Below, piece by piece: positions 37,701 to 45,883 of a stretch of DNA of 64,000 nt. The notes under the pieces were generated by a model. That model was not told where the DNA came from, did not search any database, and saw only the letters and a list, made by a program, of their open reading frames with translations. Origin of the DNA: Botryllus schlosseri (lineage: Eukaryota). A program made the translations under genes and the position numbers. The stretch covers positions 25,048,001-25,112,000 of the forward strand of contig CM119372.1 of the NCBI GenBank assembly GCA_051294905.1. The letters are read 5' to 3'. The first letter of the stretch is position 1. The number at the start of each line of letters is the position of its first letter.

Positions 37701-40700
37701 CCTCCGAAAGCGGTTCCAATCACGATGAGACCTCACCTGCTGTACAGACCGCTCGCTCATCAAGGAACTCTAATTCCGGACAAGACGGCGCGGCACCAGT
37801 TGCTGGATCGGTTCGAAATCTTTTTCATTGTTAACCCACGTTTAAGGGGACTAGCACCATCATCTTTTTGGCTGGAAATGTTAACATGGTACCACTGTTC
37901 AAATGTTCATGGCCTTATCTCAACAAAAAATAAATCAAAATTGCAAAGTTTCAATTTTACTGGGCAAACCGCTGATTTGTTCTTTGGCTACAAAAACGTT
38001 CAATAGTGTCTTTTTCCCTTGTAAAATATCGTTATATGGAAATTTTTGTCGTAAATGACTCATGTTTTTTTGAAATGCCAACATCCAGATCTACATGTTG
38101 CTAATTTTCGTTTGTCCTAGGTATACCATGGTGTGAGTTACAAAACTTCACAGCAAACTTTGGAAAAATAATTTCAAAATTTCAAAATGAAGTTTCTCCA
38201 AGATGAGTTGTACATAATTCTTCAAACTTCAGCAACATGTAGGACTGTCCTAGTACCTCCTAAAACAGGCGTTAGATCGGAAAAGGGGAATCACAATTAT
38301 AAGGGTACGGTGTTCTACGTGTCGGAGTACAATTTCTCTTGTCAAATGCAAATTCGGTGGGCTGGAACTACAATTTCTGATATTTTGTTCACAGAATAGC
38401 GCCACCTGGCAGCTGCGAAAATTTCATGTTAATGTGGGTAGCCTTTCGTGAGATAGCGTTGTTGAGGTGCTAGTCCCCTTGAATTAGGATCTTGCTTATG
38501 GTTTTAATGTCAGCACCAAATATGAGTCCATGCCATTAGTTCTGCTTTCGAGACACCTGCTTTTGAAGTATCGATTTTTCCCTACAGAATTGTCAACGTG
38601 CGCGACTCTTACACCGTACCGCTGGGCTTGCGAGGTACCATCGTCGGCATTCACAGGCAACCCGGGCAGGATGTATTGCACGACGTTGTCTTTGACGAGG
38701 AATTTCTGGGCGGGCTGGAACTGGGTGGCAGGTGCCCGAAGAGAAGAGGCTACCGCATGCCAGACTGCGCCATGGTCAATATATCGCATGGGTGCAGGGC
38801 AAGCGGCAAGGACGGAAAGCCGACGGCTATTGTGAAGCCGCAGAATACCGTACAGGTGCGATGTGTGTTTCGGTGCCAGCATGATATTCCATTATGCAGG
38901 GTTGTAACTAAGTCACAAGGTTCCGTGTCACAAGTCAATCTCACTTTTATAGTTTTGACTTGAGTCGAGTCGAGTAATTTTCAATTTGCCATCGAGTCAA
39001 GTCTGAGTCCAAGTCATTATGTTCACTGTTCAGTTTACAGTTCAATTCGGTTCAACCCCCTTTTTTCAACTCTGCTTGAGTGATATAAAATAGCTCGCAT
39101 TCATGATATCGCAATTTCCCCAAGTAATAACAGTTTCTGGCCCTATTTTCCAAGTATACGGACTGATAGAGGGAATACCAATAACGTGGTGACTTTACTT
39201 CCTTCGAAGTTACGATGAAATGTCTGTCATATGACTCAGTTCGAGTCATGCACAATGACTCGAGTACAAGTCGAGTCAATACAAAAATTGACTCGAGTCG
39301 AGTCATTATACCTATTTGAAAATATGACTCGAGTTATGATTGAGTCATTACAACCCTGCCATTATGACAGCTTTCCTACACGTATTTTGACCCCCTGAAT
39401 TTTTGATTGGTATCGTGGACCTCCCTTTGTGAGCTAGGTCAGTGGTTCTCAACCGTCTTGACATTGCGGAACGGTAAAACATCAAAATAAATGATGCGGA
39501 CCGGCAAAATTTCAATAATCAAAATGAACGCAAATTACAATTGCAACAAATGTATGCAACTAACAAGTAAATATTGGAAATTCATTTGAGGATGCTTTTT
39601 GGTGCGTGGTGTACGTGGCTCCATCAAAGTTTCCGCAAGGCTGCCGCTATTAAAATCCACTAATTTGGGTTTGATTGTACGGCTTCTTATGGAAGAAATG
39701 GGAGTTTGCTATTTGCTAGCCTCTATTCCGCTGCTACATGTCGCTGAATTCTACTGTTTTTAACGAACTTTTTTTAACGTCTTATAGCTTTTTCGCGTGT
39801 GAATGTTCCTAAAGGACCCATATGCTACTTTTAAACAGTTTCGTACAGCACTCAAATGAGTACTTTGATAAAGTAGATCTGGGTGAGGGGTCGCAAATGT
39901 CACATGGCACTACAGATAGGCTGTGTTACTGTGATACAGGTTTTGTGACGATTTCACTCGTAAAAGGGATGCAGACATATCACAAAACTAGTATTAAAAC
40001 TAAGTGTATTTACAGTGTAGTGCAGTGGTTCTTGACCTTTTTTCCTCAAGCGCCCCCTTTCAAACATTATCGTGCTCAAGTGCCCCCCAACCTCATATTG
40101 TAAGGAATGTAACAAAGACAATGAATAAGAGGGAGGGCGTAACAGCACTTCGTCAACCCCCCTAAAAACGATTGCCTTGCGCGCCCATAGCGTGATAAAC
40201 CTAACTTCTGAGGGCTTCGCCCCCAAGAACCCCGTAGCATGATTTCGAAGGTAAGCAAAGTTTGTGTGGCCTGGTCGCCCTAGGTGCCAAAATATTCTAT
40301 AATGCATGAATGAATAGGTGGTAATTACATATATATGTCGCTATAAACTTTTTATCCTCTCAGCCCACGCAATCAGATTTACCAGTAGCGCTGAGTGAGC
40401 TGTTGTATTGGAAAATAAAGGGCACGTAATTATTAATAAACATATTCGGGCGTGCCCGTAGGTACAATTAATTCGTTACCAGGGCCGTAACAGCACTTCG
40501 TCAGCCCCCAAAAGACGTTTGTCTTGGGCCCCTCGTAGGGGGATAAACCAAACTTCTGGGGGGCTTCGCCCCCAGACCCCCCTCCGGCTATCCGCTATTT
40601 GCTGATACTGGTCATCTACATTGGGTGTGCATTTACTGAGCCAGCTATTCTTGCCTAGACGCAACAAGCGTGAAAAATTTCAATATTTATTGAATAAATT

Positions 40701-43700
40701 GGTCAATATAATCGGGAACTGCATATATATTGATATCAATTTTTATCCTCTCTCTGCTCACATAAACAGATTTACCGGTAGAGCTGAGTGATGTGTGATT
40801 GAAAAGGTAGGACCCCTCAATAATAATTATGCATCTTAGGGCGCATACCCGTTGGCAGGAACGAAACGACACTTCGTCAGGCCCGCCAAAAAAACTTGGG
40901 TCTTTGGCTCCCATAGGGTGATAAACTGACCGCCCCCCATCACGTTGTTCGCTTTTGCCACGAAATCAACTATTGTTTAGCGAGCCAGTGCGAAGCGCGA
41001 AAATTTTCGATAATTCATGATAAAATCGGTCAATAAGATCGGGAATTGCATATATATTGCTATCAATGTCTTGTCCTCTCTGCTCACGTTACCAGATTTA
41101 CCGGTAGAGCTGAGTGAGGTGCAATGTTCCCTCTAAGCTGCGCACGTGCGCAGTGCTGACACGGTCTCTGCGCACAGAAAATCTACGTTGCGCACAACAA
41201 ATCCGAAGTTATGACCTTTTTTTAGTCGTTACGCACTGTTGTCCAATGGTCTACACAGTGAGTTTGTGAGTGTGCGCAAACTCGTCAAAACGTAGAGGGA
41301 ACATTGTGAGATGTCTTGGAAACTGTAGGGCCCGTAAGTATTAATTAAACATAGTCGGGCGGGCAGGCGGACCCGTTGGTATGACTTCGTAGCATGATGT
41401 TATTTCGTGACCTCCTGTCTGCTATATCAAAAAATATAGCATCGCCCAACAGGGATATCGCCCAACGGGAATATCTAGTTCTATATATCCCTGTCGTCCA
41501 ATCGTACTAAACTAAAAGACGCATACAATTTCAAATTGGTATTTCTTCACTGGCATATTATTTTTCCCTGCCAGATGGAATTCGTCTTCTGAAGTTCAGA
41601 TTGCCAAGACAGGAACATTCGGTGCCAGTCATTTAAGCGCTTATGGACTATTAAACCTATATGTCTTTTGTAGGCCATATATAACGAAGTTTTCGGTGTT
41701 AATTCGCTCTGAATACTCATTAAGGATATGTCCTACTACCACATCATCTACTGCTAAGCCATTTTTCTCCAGCGCCCCCTGAGCGTTTCCGCCCCCTTCA
41801 AAATCGCCAGCGCCCCTTGGGGGCGCTGGAGGCAAGGTTAAGAACCACTGGTGTAGTGTTTGCATTGCTACTAGAGGAGCGATTTCCACTACATGTCAAA
41901 ACTATTCTAATTTGAAGCTGTAATTGAGAAAATGAAATGTCTACCTTGCCATGTTGCGTAGATCTGAATATCACAAGACTATTGTGTCTGGTTTCTTATA
42001 CCCGTGGTTTGTCGTCTTTAATCTCCAGCGTTTGATTGAAATATTTCCAGGCTTGGGGCTACAATCGAGAAGACGCGCAGTTTCGAGCGAACTCGCCGAG
42101 ACGAATGGGTGGCGCCCCGGCCCACTCCAGAGTCGATAATAGAAAGCAACAGGTCTGTGCTGTCGTCATTTTTCGTGTCGGTGGCACTAATCATCCGATA
42201 TATCTAGCCCGTGCGATCCCAGACATGGAGGTCGCAACATTCCGGTCCGACTTCTATCATGCAACGACCAAACTCTAGCACTGTGCAGCCGGACCAGCGT
42301 TCGAACAGGTATTTTGTTGCTACATTTTTTTAATTGATTCTTACGGTGGTTCCAGCCTTCTTGTTGTCACGGACCCCTTTAGGCAAATTATTAGTTCTGC
42401 GGACCCCTGCTTAAATTTTGCCTTAAACTCTGTAAACATACTATTGACTATTGAACTAATTATGCTACTCATACCGTACTGTGTCAAATTATTGTTGATG
42501 TTAAAGAAAGAACAACAGAACGAAAGAAAGAACAAAAGTTGAATACCCCATTGGATTGAAATTGAATAAACAATTGACATACCGGTGATACTAAAATATA
42601 GAGAATATAGAAATAACGGCAACAGACGCTTACGTTCAACCTGCTACAACTGCACAGCAGGGGAAGAGGGCCAGAGGTATTTAGCGGGAGATGTGCCTTG
42701 CACTGCATGGACTTAGTCGTCTTTCATCAGGCAATTTACCTCAATGTCAATTTTAAAAAAAAAGTTGACTCAAATTGCCATGCCAAAAGTTTTTCAATAT
42801 AAGCCAATTTAAATAAAGAGCTGTTGTTGCCCTTCCTGAACTAAGCCGGATGCTTTCTATTACGTGATAGACGAGGCAATCCTGATTTGGCTGTAATCGA
42901 TATGCATTGTGGTAGATGTAGTATTGTAGTGTAAGGTACAGTGTGCACACATTGTAGGTAGCGGCATCAATTTATCTTGATGCACACTGGCAGAGTTTGT
43001 TATCGCATGCCTGCATGTGCAATGTGCATTTAAAGAGAGAAATGAAAGTAAAAAGATCGCTCTTTGTTTTTTCCTCAAAATACATGAAGGTAATCCCGGG
43101 TTGGGAACCACTGGGTTAGAGCAACAGTTGTACAACCAGAAAACTTGCAGCTTTTCCAAATTACAATGGAATTAGAATTATAGCTACAAGCATCTATTTA
43201 TCCATTCGCTCATTTCATTCAGACCGAAAACGTCCGATTACTCTTCGAAAAGTCCTGCCAACAACATGTTCGACGCACTGTGGAATTCGTTGAAGGAAGA
43301 AAACACGAAGAACGCAGCGGAAAGACCGAAACACCACAAGGAAAAAAGGCCGACGGCGACAAAAAAACAACAGAAATCCGTACCGATAATATCAGCGCCC
43401 ACCTTCCAACCTTCTGGCGAGAGTCATGAAAAGGACGCTCCTTTGAAAGCGGACAAAGTGTCGCTTGCGCAAGTGAGTTTTTTCGGCTGCGTTTTTCGAG
43501 GCCTCGTGGCTCATCAATGTTGTCGCATCTTTTCGAAGGCCGCTATGTCACTGCCGAAAATGAATTTGCCTGGTGAGGGAGCCACAGACAAATTTTCAAA
43601 GGTATTATTATACCCTACTTAGAAATATATCTGATATACTTTACTTATTGACACCTCATTTTTGTCACAAATGTGTTACAAATGAAAATGAAGTTCATTT

Positions 43701-45883
43701 CTCTGTCAAATACTTCTCATCAATTTGATTTGAGTGACAAATATTTCAAGTTCGGCTAAGTCGATGATGTACTAGGTTAGGATCGTGGTTTGAGGTTCAT
43801 GGTTTGATTAGATTGAAGATTAGTTCCGATGTCGGTCAATCAGCAGTGGAGATACTCTGATAGTGATGATAACTTGTAACTGGCATGCACTCTCCAACTT
43901 GGTCTCCGCGATATTATCGCAGTGTTATTTTTAAATTGTCTCTGTTTTTCTAGGGCAAGATTGATCAAAGTTCCACGCACCAACAAGCCACTGCTCCAAC
44001 TACTTCAGTGACTCAGGCCAACTCTGCCACTTCAGGTATGTAAATTCTTATGCGTTTAGTCTGCCCTTGCATTGATCTACGTTGTGTCGGTTGTTTTATG
44101 ATGGCTCGCGGCAGAATCATGATTAATGAAAGATTGTCAATATTGCGCTGTTTTCGCAAATTATCGTTGCGTTTGGGCTCGGTGGTACCCGATGATTTAC
44201 TTGACGTTATGCAATCATGGTATTGATCGCCTACTTCTCATACCTTTCATTTCCCAGTTCCACTCGAAGCAGTGTTGACAAATCTTGAAAATTGTTACTA
44301 AAACTTGTTATCGAGTGGAAATTTATGGCGTTACTTCCACCTCTGCTCGAGTAGCAACTCTGATCACTTAAAATTTTCATTTTCTACTGCTACATGTAAT
44401 CTAATACAGTGCTTCTTAACAGCCTGTCCGTGACAAGTTACCTGGTGGTCTGCCAGACATATTAGAATTTTCTATCTCAATTCCAAAATGCAACAAGTTG
44501 GGTGGTTATCTGTTAATTAGAAAAATCAACATCAAATTTTAAGTTTATTTAGAAGTGTGGAACGTAATTTTGCATGGTGCCGCAATAGAGAGTCCGTAGT
44601 CTAGTGTAGGCGTGCGTCAAAATGGTACAAGTGTTATAAGAAACTGTCAAAAAGTAGCCTTCAAGTCGTTCCAGACAAGTTATATGTAAAAGCTACAGAG
44701 ACTTTTAAAAAATCATCAATTGAGCAACTCTTGGCATTATGATAAAGCCTATAGCCATCAACAAAGTCACGTTTCTTTCAAAGGACATCGAACAATCGCT
44801 ATAAAGTTACCGGTCTTCAACTTCGTCTTGCATAAACTTCAATAGAACCTCGTGCGAATTTCTAGTTTCAAAAAGGCATCATTAAACGGAGTTTCCAATA
44901 GTACATTCAAGTTGTCGTGATTGAATTTAGGGGGAATTTTAGTTTTTGAAGGTTCATCGGTCAGCAAGATTTGTCTCTGAGGTCAATAAAACCACTGATC
45001 TTTGTAGAAATTTAAGCGTTACTTCTACTTGAGTAGCAAGTGTGTCTATTTTGACCACCTCTGCAAATTAACACCTTAACCACGTTGCGTGAAAAATTAC
45101 TTTCATCTACGACAGTGGTTCCCAACGTGGGCGATTTGACGGTCTAGGGGGGCGAAAATGGACCAAGGGGTCGACAGGGGGCGAAAATAGCGAAGGGGGC
45201 GATAGGGGGGCGATGACGCGGTAAAACGGCCATATTGGAGTCGAATCGGAGAAATGACCTTTTTTTTTTTTTTTAGTCAACCCACAGAAATTTAGATGCA
45301 AAAGTGTAAGATTCGACATCGAGCCGAAAAGTTGACCTTTTTTTTTTTTTAGTCAACCCGCCGGTGTATACAGTTGGTATGCCCATTTTTCGGTTCACAA
45401 AATTAGGGGGGCGATGAGTCGAAAAAGGTTGGGAACCATTGATCTACGAGGAATTATCAAGCAATCAGTAAACGATAAATCTCGACTCGGAAAATTTATT
45501 CGTGAAACATTAAACCGATGAAAAAAGGTCTGCCTCGATCTATTTTAGAAAACAAAGACGCCGAACATCTCGAGAATCTTTTCAAATCGATCAAAGTGAC
45601 CCGGTCCGGCGAGTCTGCGTTTTCTCCCAAACTCGCTTTCACCCCAACCCAAGTGCTCTACCACACCTACGCTCAGGACACCTCGCGGCAGAGAGGCCCG
45701 CCCCCTCCCAGTAACCCGATGTCGTATCGCCGGCCGTTTCCCGGCGCAAATTTCCAGGCGCAGCCCCGTTTCCAAAACAGAAATATGCCTCCGTTCATGA
45801 TGAGGCCGCCTTACTACCCGTCGGTTCAACAGTTTGTGCATCAGAGCACGGTTGCTTCAAGGCAACATGGAATTGTACAAAGG
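19673..45883 (+). CDS. XRN1: 5'-3' exoribonuclease 1; at least 31 coding exons, 1528 codons traced; terminal exon(s) beyond 45883 unresolved
   Basis: Starts [15 protein letters not shown]. All XRN acidic active-site motifs are intact ([29 protein letters not shown]). The XRN1-specific downstream region (PAZ/Tudor, KOW, winged helix, SH3-like segments) is present. All 30 junctions are GT-AG and phase-consistent. Confidence 0.97.
20437..20568 (+). CDS. XRN1: XRN1 exon 2 ([13 protein letters not shown]...RYIE)
   Basis: conserved motif, AG/GT. Confidence 0.95.
21162..21262 (+). CDS. XRN1: XRN1 exon 3 (VLFRIV...[19 protein letters not shown])
   Basis: conserved motif, AG/GT. Confidence 0.95.
21329..21426 (+). 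CDS. XRN1: XRN1 exon 4 (SAKEAD...FDSNCITPG)
   Basis: conserved motif, AG/GT. Confidence 0.95.
21592..21701 (+). CDS. XRN1: XRN1 exon 5 (TKFMVRL...LSGHE)
   Basis: conserved motif, AG/GT. Confidence 0.95.
22508..22611. repeat. 48-bp inverted repeat with 8-nt loop in XRN1 intron 5
   Basis: arms 22508-22555 and 22564-22611 differ at two positions only. Confidence 0.95.
22731..22888 (+). CDS. XRN1: XRN1 exon 6 (TPGEGEHK...YGLDAD...FSLLR)
   Basis: active-site motifs, AG/GT. Confidence 0.95.
23663..23792 (+). CDS. XRN1: XRN1 exon 7 (EEVRF...[18 protein letters not shown])
   Basis: conserved motif, AG/GT. Confidence 0.95.
24462..24698 (+). CDS. XRN1: XRN1 exon 8 (KHLPFEYD...GNDFIPHLP...HLSK)
   Basis: active-site motif, AG/GT. 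Confidence 0.95.
24759..24847 (+). CDS. XRN1: XRN1 exon 9 ([19 protein letters not shown]...)
   Basis: homologous segment; donor GTGGGA. Confidence 0.85.
25256..25829. mobile_element. hAT-type MITE rich in GACTC/GAGTC motifs, copy 1 (XRN1 intron 9)
   Basis: termini cagggtt / aaccctg; perfect TSD gtttcagc (25248-25255, 25830-25837). Confidence 0.9.
25978..26105 (+). CDS. XRN1: XRN1 exon 10 (poorly conserved linker)
   Basis: open frame bridging phase 2 to phase 1; GTAAGG donor. Confidence 0.8.
26181..26871. repeat. three copies of a unit of about 130-155 bp arranged +,-,+ (26181-26335, 26341-26467, 26716-26871); probably long-TIR element ends
   Basis: shared aacccgaatattttcggctga..ctcgtcagggg..atcgtcagcaactag. 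Confidence 0.9.
26886..27480 (-). mobile_element. decayed Penelope-like retroelement 3' fragment (GIY-YIG endonuclease)
   Basis: VYIRLPWMG / [12 protein letters not shown]...[45 protein letters not shown]...ALE...QPRLCQQK; internal stops and frameshifts. Confidence 0.9.
27771..27901 (+). CDS. XRN1: XRN1 exon 11 (...[17 protein letters not shown])
   Basis: conserved motif, AG/GT. Confidence 0.9.
27960..28057 (+). CDS. XRN1: XRN1 exon 12 (...[17 protein letters not shown])
   Basis: conserved motif, AG/GT. Confidence 0.95.
28394..28550 (+). CDS. XRN1: XRN1 exon 13 ([12 protein letters not shown]...EQLLAVLP...)
   Basis: conserved motif, AG/GT. Confidence 0.95.
28931..29050 (+). CDS. XRN1: XRN1 exon 14 (...[20 protein letters not shown])
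   Basis: conserved motif, AG/GT. Confidence 0.95.
29132..29301 (+). CDS. XRN1: XRN1 exon 15 (ERLLSAM...HCNAR)
   Basis: homologous segment, AG/GT. Confidence 0.9.
30314..30442 (+). CDS. XRN1: XRN1 exon 16 (...[13 protein letters not shown])
   Basis: GFPT motif, AG/GT. Confidence 0.9.
30950..31076 (+). CDS. XRN1: XRN1 exon 17 (...[14 protein letters not shown]...)
   Basis: conserved motif, AG/GT. Confidence 0.9.
31684..31788 (+). CDS. XRN1: XRN1 exon 18 (...[17 protein letters not shown])
   Basis: conserved motif, AG/GT. Confidence 0.9.
32019..32306 (+). CDS. XRN1: XRN1 exon 19 (...GRKY...LEKQW...VK)
   Basis: conserved motif, AG/GT. Confidence 0.9.
32430..32756. mobile_element. partial copy of the 6176-6718 MITE family
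   Basis: shared gacaactcaacaa.ttcatgggg, ccaaatttggt and right terminus gaacaacccta. Confidence 0.75.
33389..33502 (+). CDS. XRN1: XRN1 exon 20 (...[14 protein letters not shown])
   Basis: conserved motif, AG/GT. Confidence 0.9.
33661..33747 (+). CDS. XRN1: XRN1 exon 21 (...[14 protein letters not shown])
   Basis: homologous segment, AG/GT. Confidence 0.9.
34286..34415. repeat. long-TIR (fold-back) repeat with central hairpin ccttggccatggtta / taaccatggccaagg; related copy at about 51045-51205
   Basis: 15-bp perfect stems in both copies; the flank downstream of copy 1 is the reverse complement of the flank upstream of copy 2. Confidence 0.75.
34526..34770 (+). CDS. XRN1: XRN1 exon 22 (...LSRITG...IGLNLRF...GYTK...EWLYS)
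   Basis: conserved motif, AG/GT. Confidence 0.9.
34786..35030 (+). repeat. repeat with degenerate TTAGGG/GGTTAG tract and terminal hairpin (Helitron/Helentron-associated-like)
   Basis: ggttagg/ttaggg tract 34852-34940, then ttcaactac...gtagttgaa inverted pair; similar tracts near 43770, 46010 (reverse) and 50940 (reverse); family call is inference. Confidence 0.45.
35741..35975 (+). CDS. XRN1: XRN1 exon 23 (FPTVLRY...AWLKSLP...ESR)
   Basis: homologous segment, AG/GT. Confidence 0.9.
37692..37810 (+). CDS. XRN1: XRN1 exon 24 (...RPHLLYRPL...LLDR)
   Basis: conserved motif; weak GTTCGA donor fixed by phase and homology. Confidence 0.9.
37846..38478. mobile_element. Kolobok-like non-autonomous DNA transposon (XRN1 intron 24)
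   Basis: perfect 13-bp TIR ggggactagcacc / ggtgctagtcccc, flanked by TTAA (37842-37845) and TTGA (38479-38482); purine-purine terminus with a TTAA target is characteristic of Kolobok. Confidence 0.7.
38588..38855 (+). CDS. XRN1: XRN1 exon 25 (IVNVR...[12 protein letters not shown]...VVFDEEF...AIVKPQ)
   Basis: SH3-like segment, AG/GT. Confidence 0.95.
38897..39358. mobile_element. hAT-type GACTC/GAGTC MITE, copy 2 (opposite orientation to 25256-25829)
   Basis: termini cagggttgtaa / ttacaaccctg; perfect TSD ccattatg (38889-38896, 39359-39366). Confidence 0.9.
40023..41850. mobile_element. 1.83-kb Charlie/Buster-like non-autonomous hAT element with internal repeats of about 350 bp
   Basis: TIR cagtggttctt(g)acct / aggttaagaaccactg; perfect TSD gtgtagtg (40015-40022, 41851-41858). 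Confidence 0.9.
41122..41306. mobile_element. 185-bp MITE nested inside the 40023-41850 element
   Basis: perfect 14-bp TIR caatgttccctcta / tagagggaacattg; flanks tgaggtg / tgagatg. Confidence 0.85.
42051..42152 (+). CDS. XRN1: XRN1 exon 26 (disordered tail)
   Basis: open, phase 0-0, AG/GT. Confidence 0.7.
42208..42308 (+). CDS. XRN1: XRN1 exon 27 (disordered tail)
   Basis: needed to bridge phase 0 to phase 2; 55-nt upstream intron. Confidence 0.65.
42344..43113. mobile_element. older Charlie-like hAT element
   Basis: termini cggtggttcc / gggaaccactg; no matching TSD. Confidence 0.5.
43223..43472 (+). CDS. XRN1: XRN1 exon 28 (...[13 protein letters not shown]...)
   Basis: FxxxWxSL segment like the vertebrate tail; GTGAGT donor. 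Confidence 0.8.
43539..43601 (+). CDS. XRN1: XRN1 exon 29
   Basis: open, phase 0-0, AG/GT. Confidence 0.65.
43954..44035 (+). CDS. XRN1: XRN1 exon 30
   Basis: strong ttttctag acceptor, GTATGT donor, phase 1. Confidence 0.7.
45113..45441. mobile_element. hAT (Charlie/Buster-like) MITE, same family as 1029-1382
   Basis: TIR cagtggttcccaac / gttgggaaccattg; perfect TSD atctacga (45105-45112, 45442-45449). Confidence 0.9.
45549..45883 (+). CDS. XRN1: XRN1 exon 31 (LENLFKSI...FTPTQV...Pro/Gln-rich)
   Basis: phase 1 acceptor, GTGAGT donor, low-complexity tail typical of XRN1. Confidence 0.8.

Noticed and set aside
40141-41400. Regularly spaced repeats suggestive of a CRISPR-like array
   Set aside because: The units are about 350 bp and homologous throughout with no unique spacers; they lie inside an hAT element in a eukaryotic intron.
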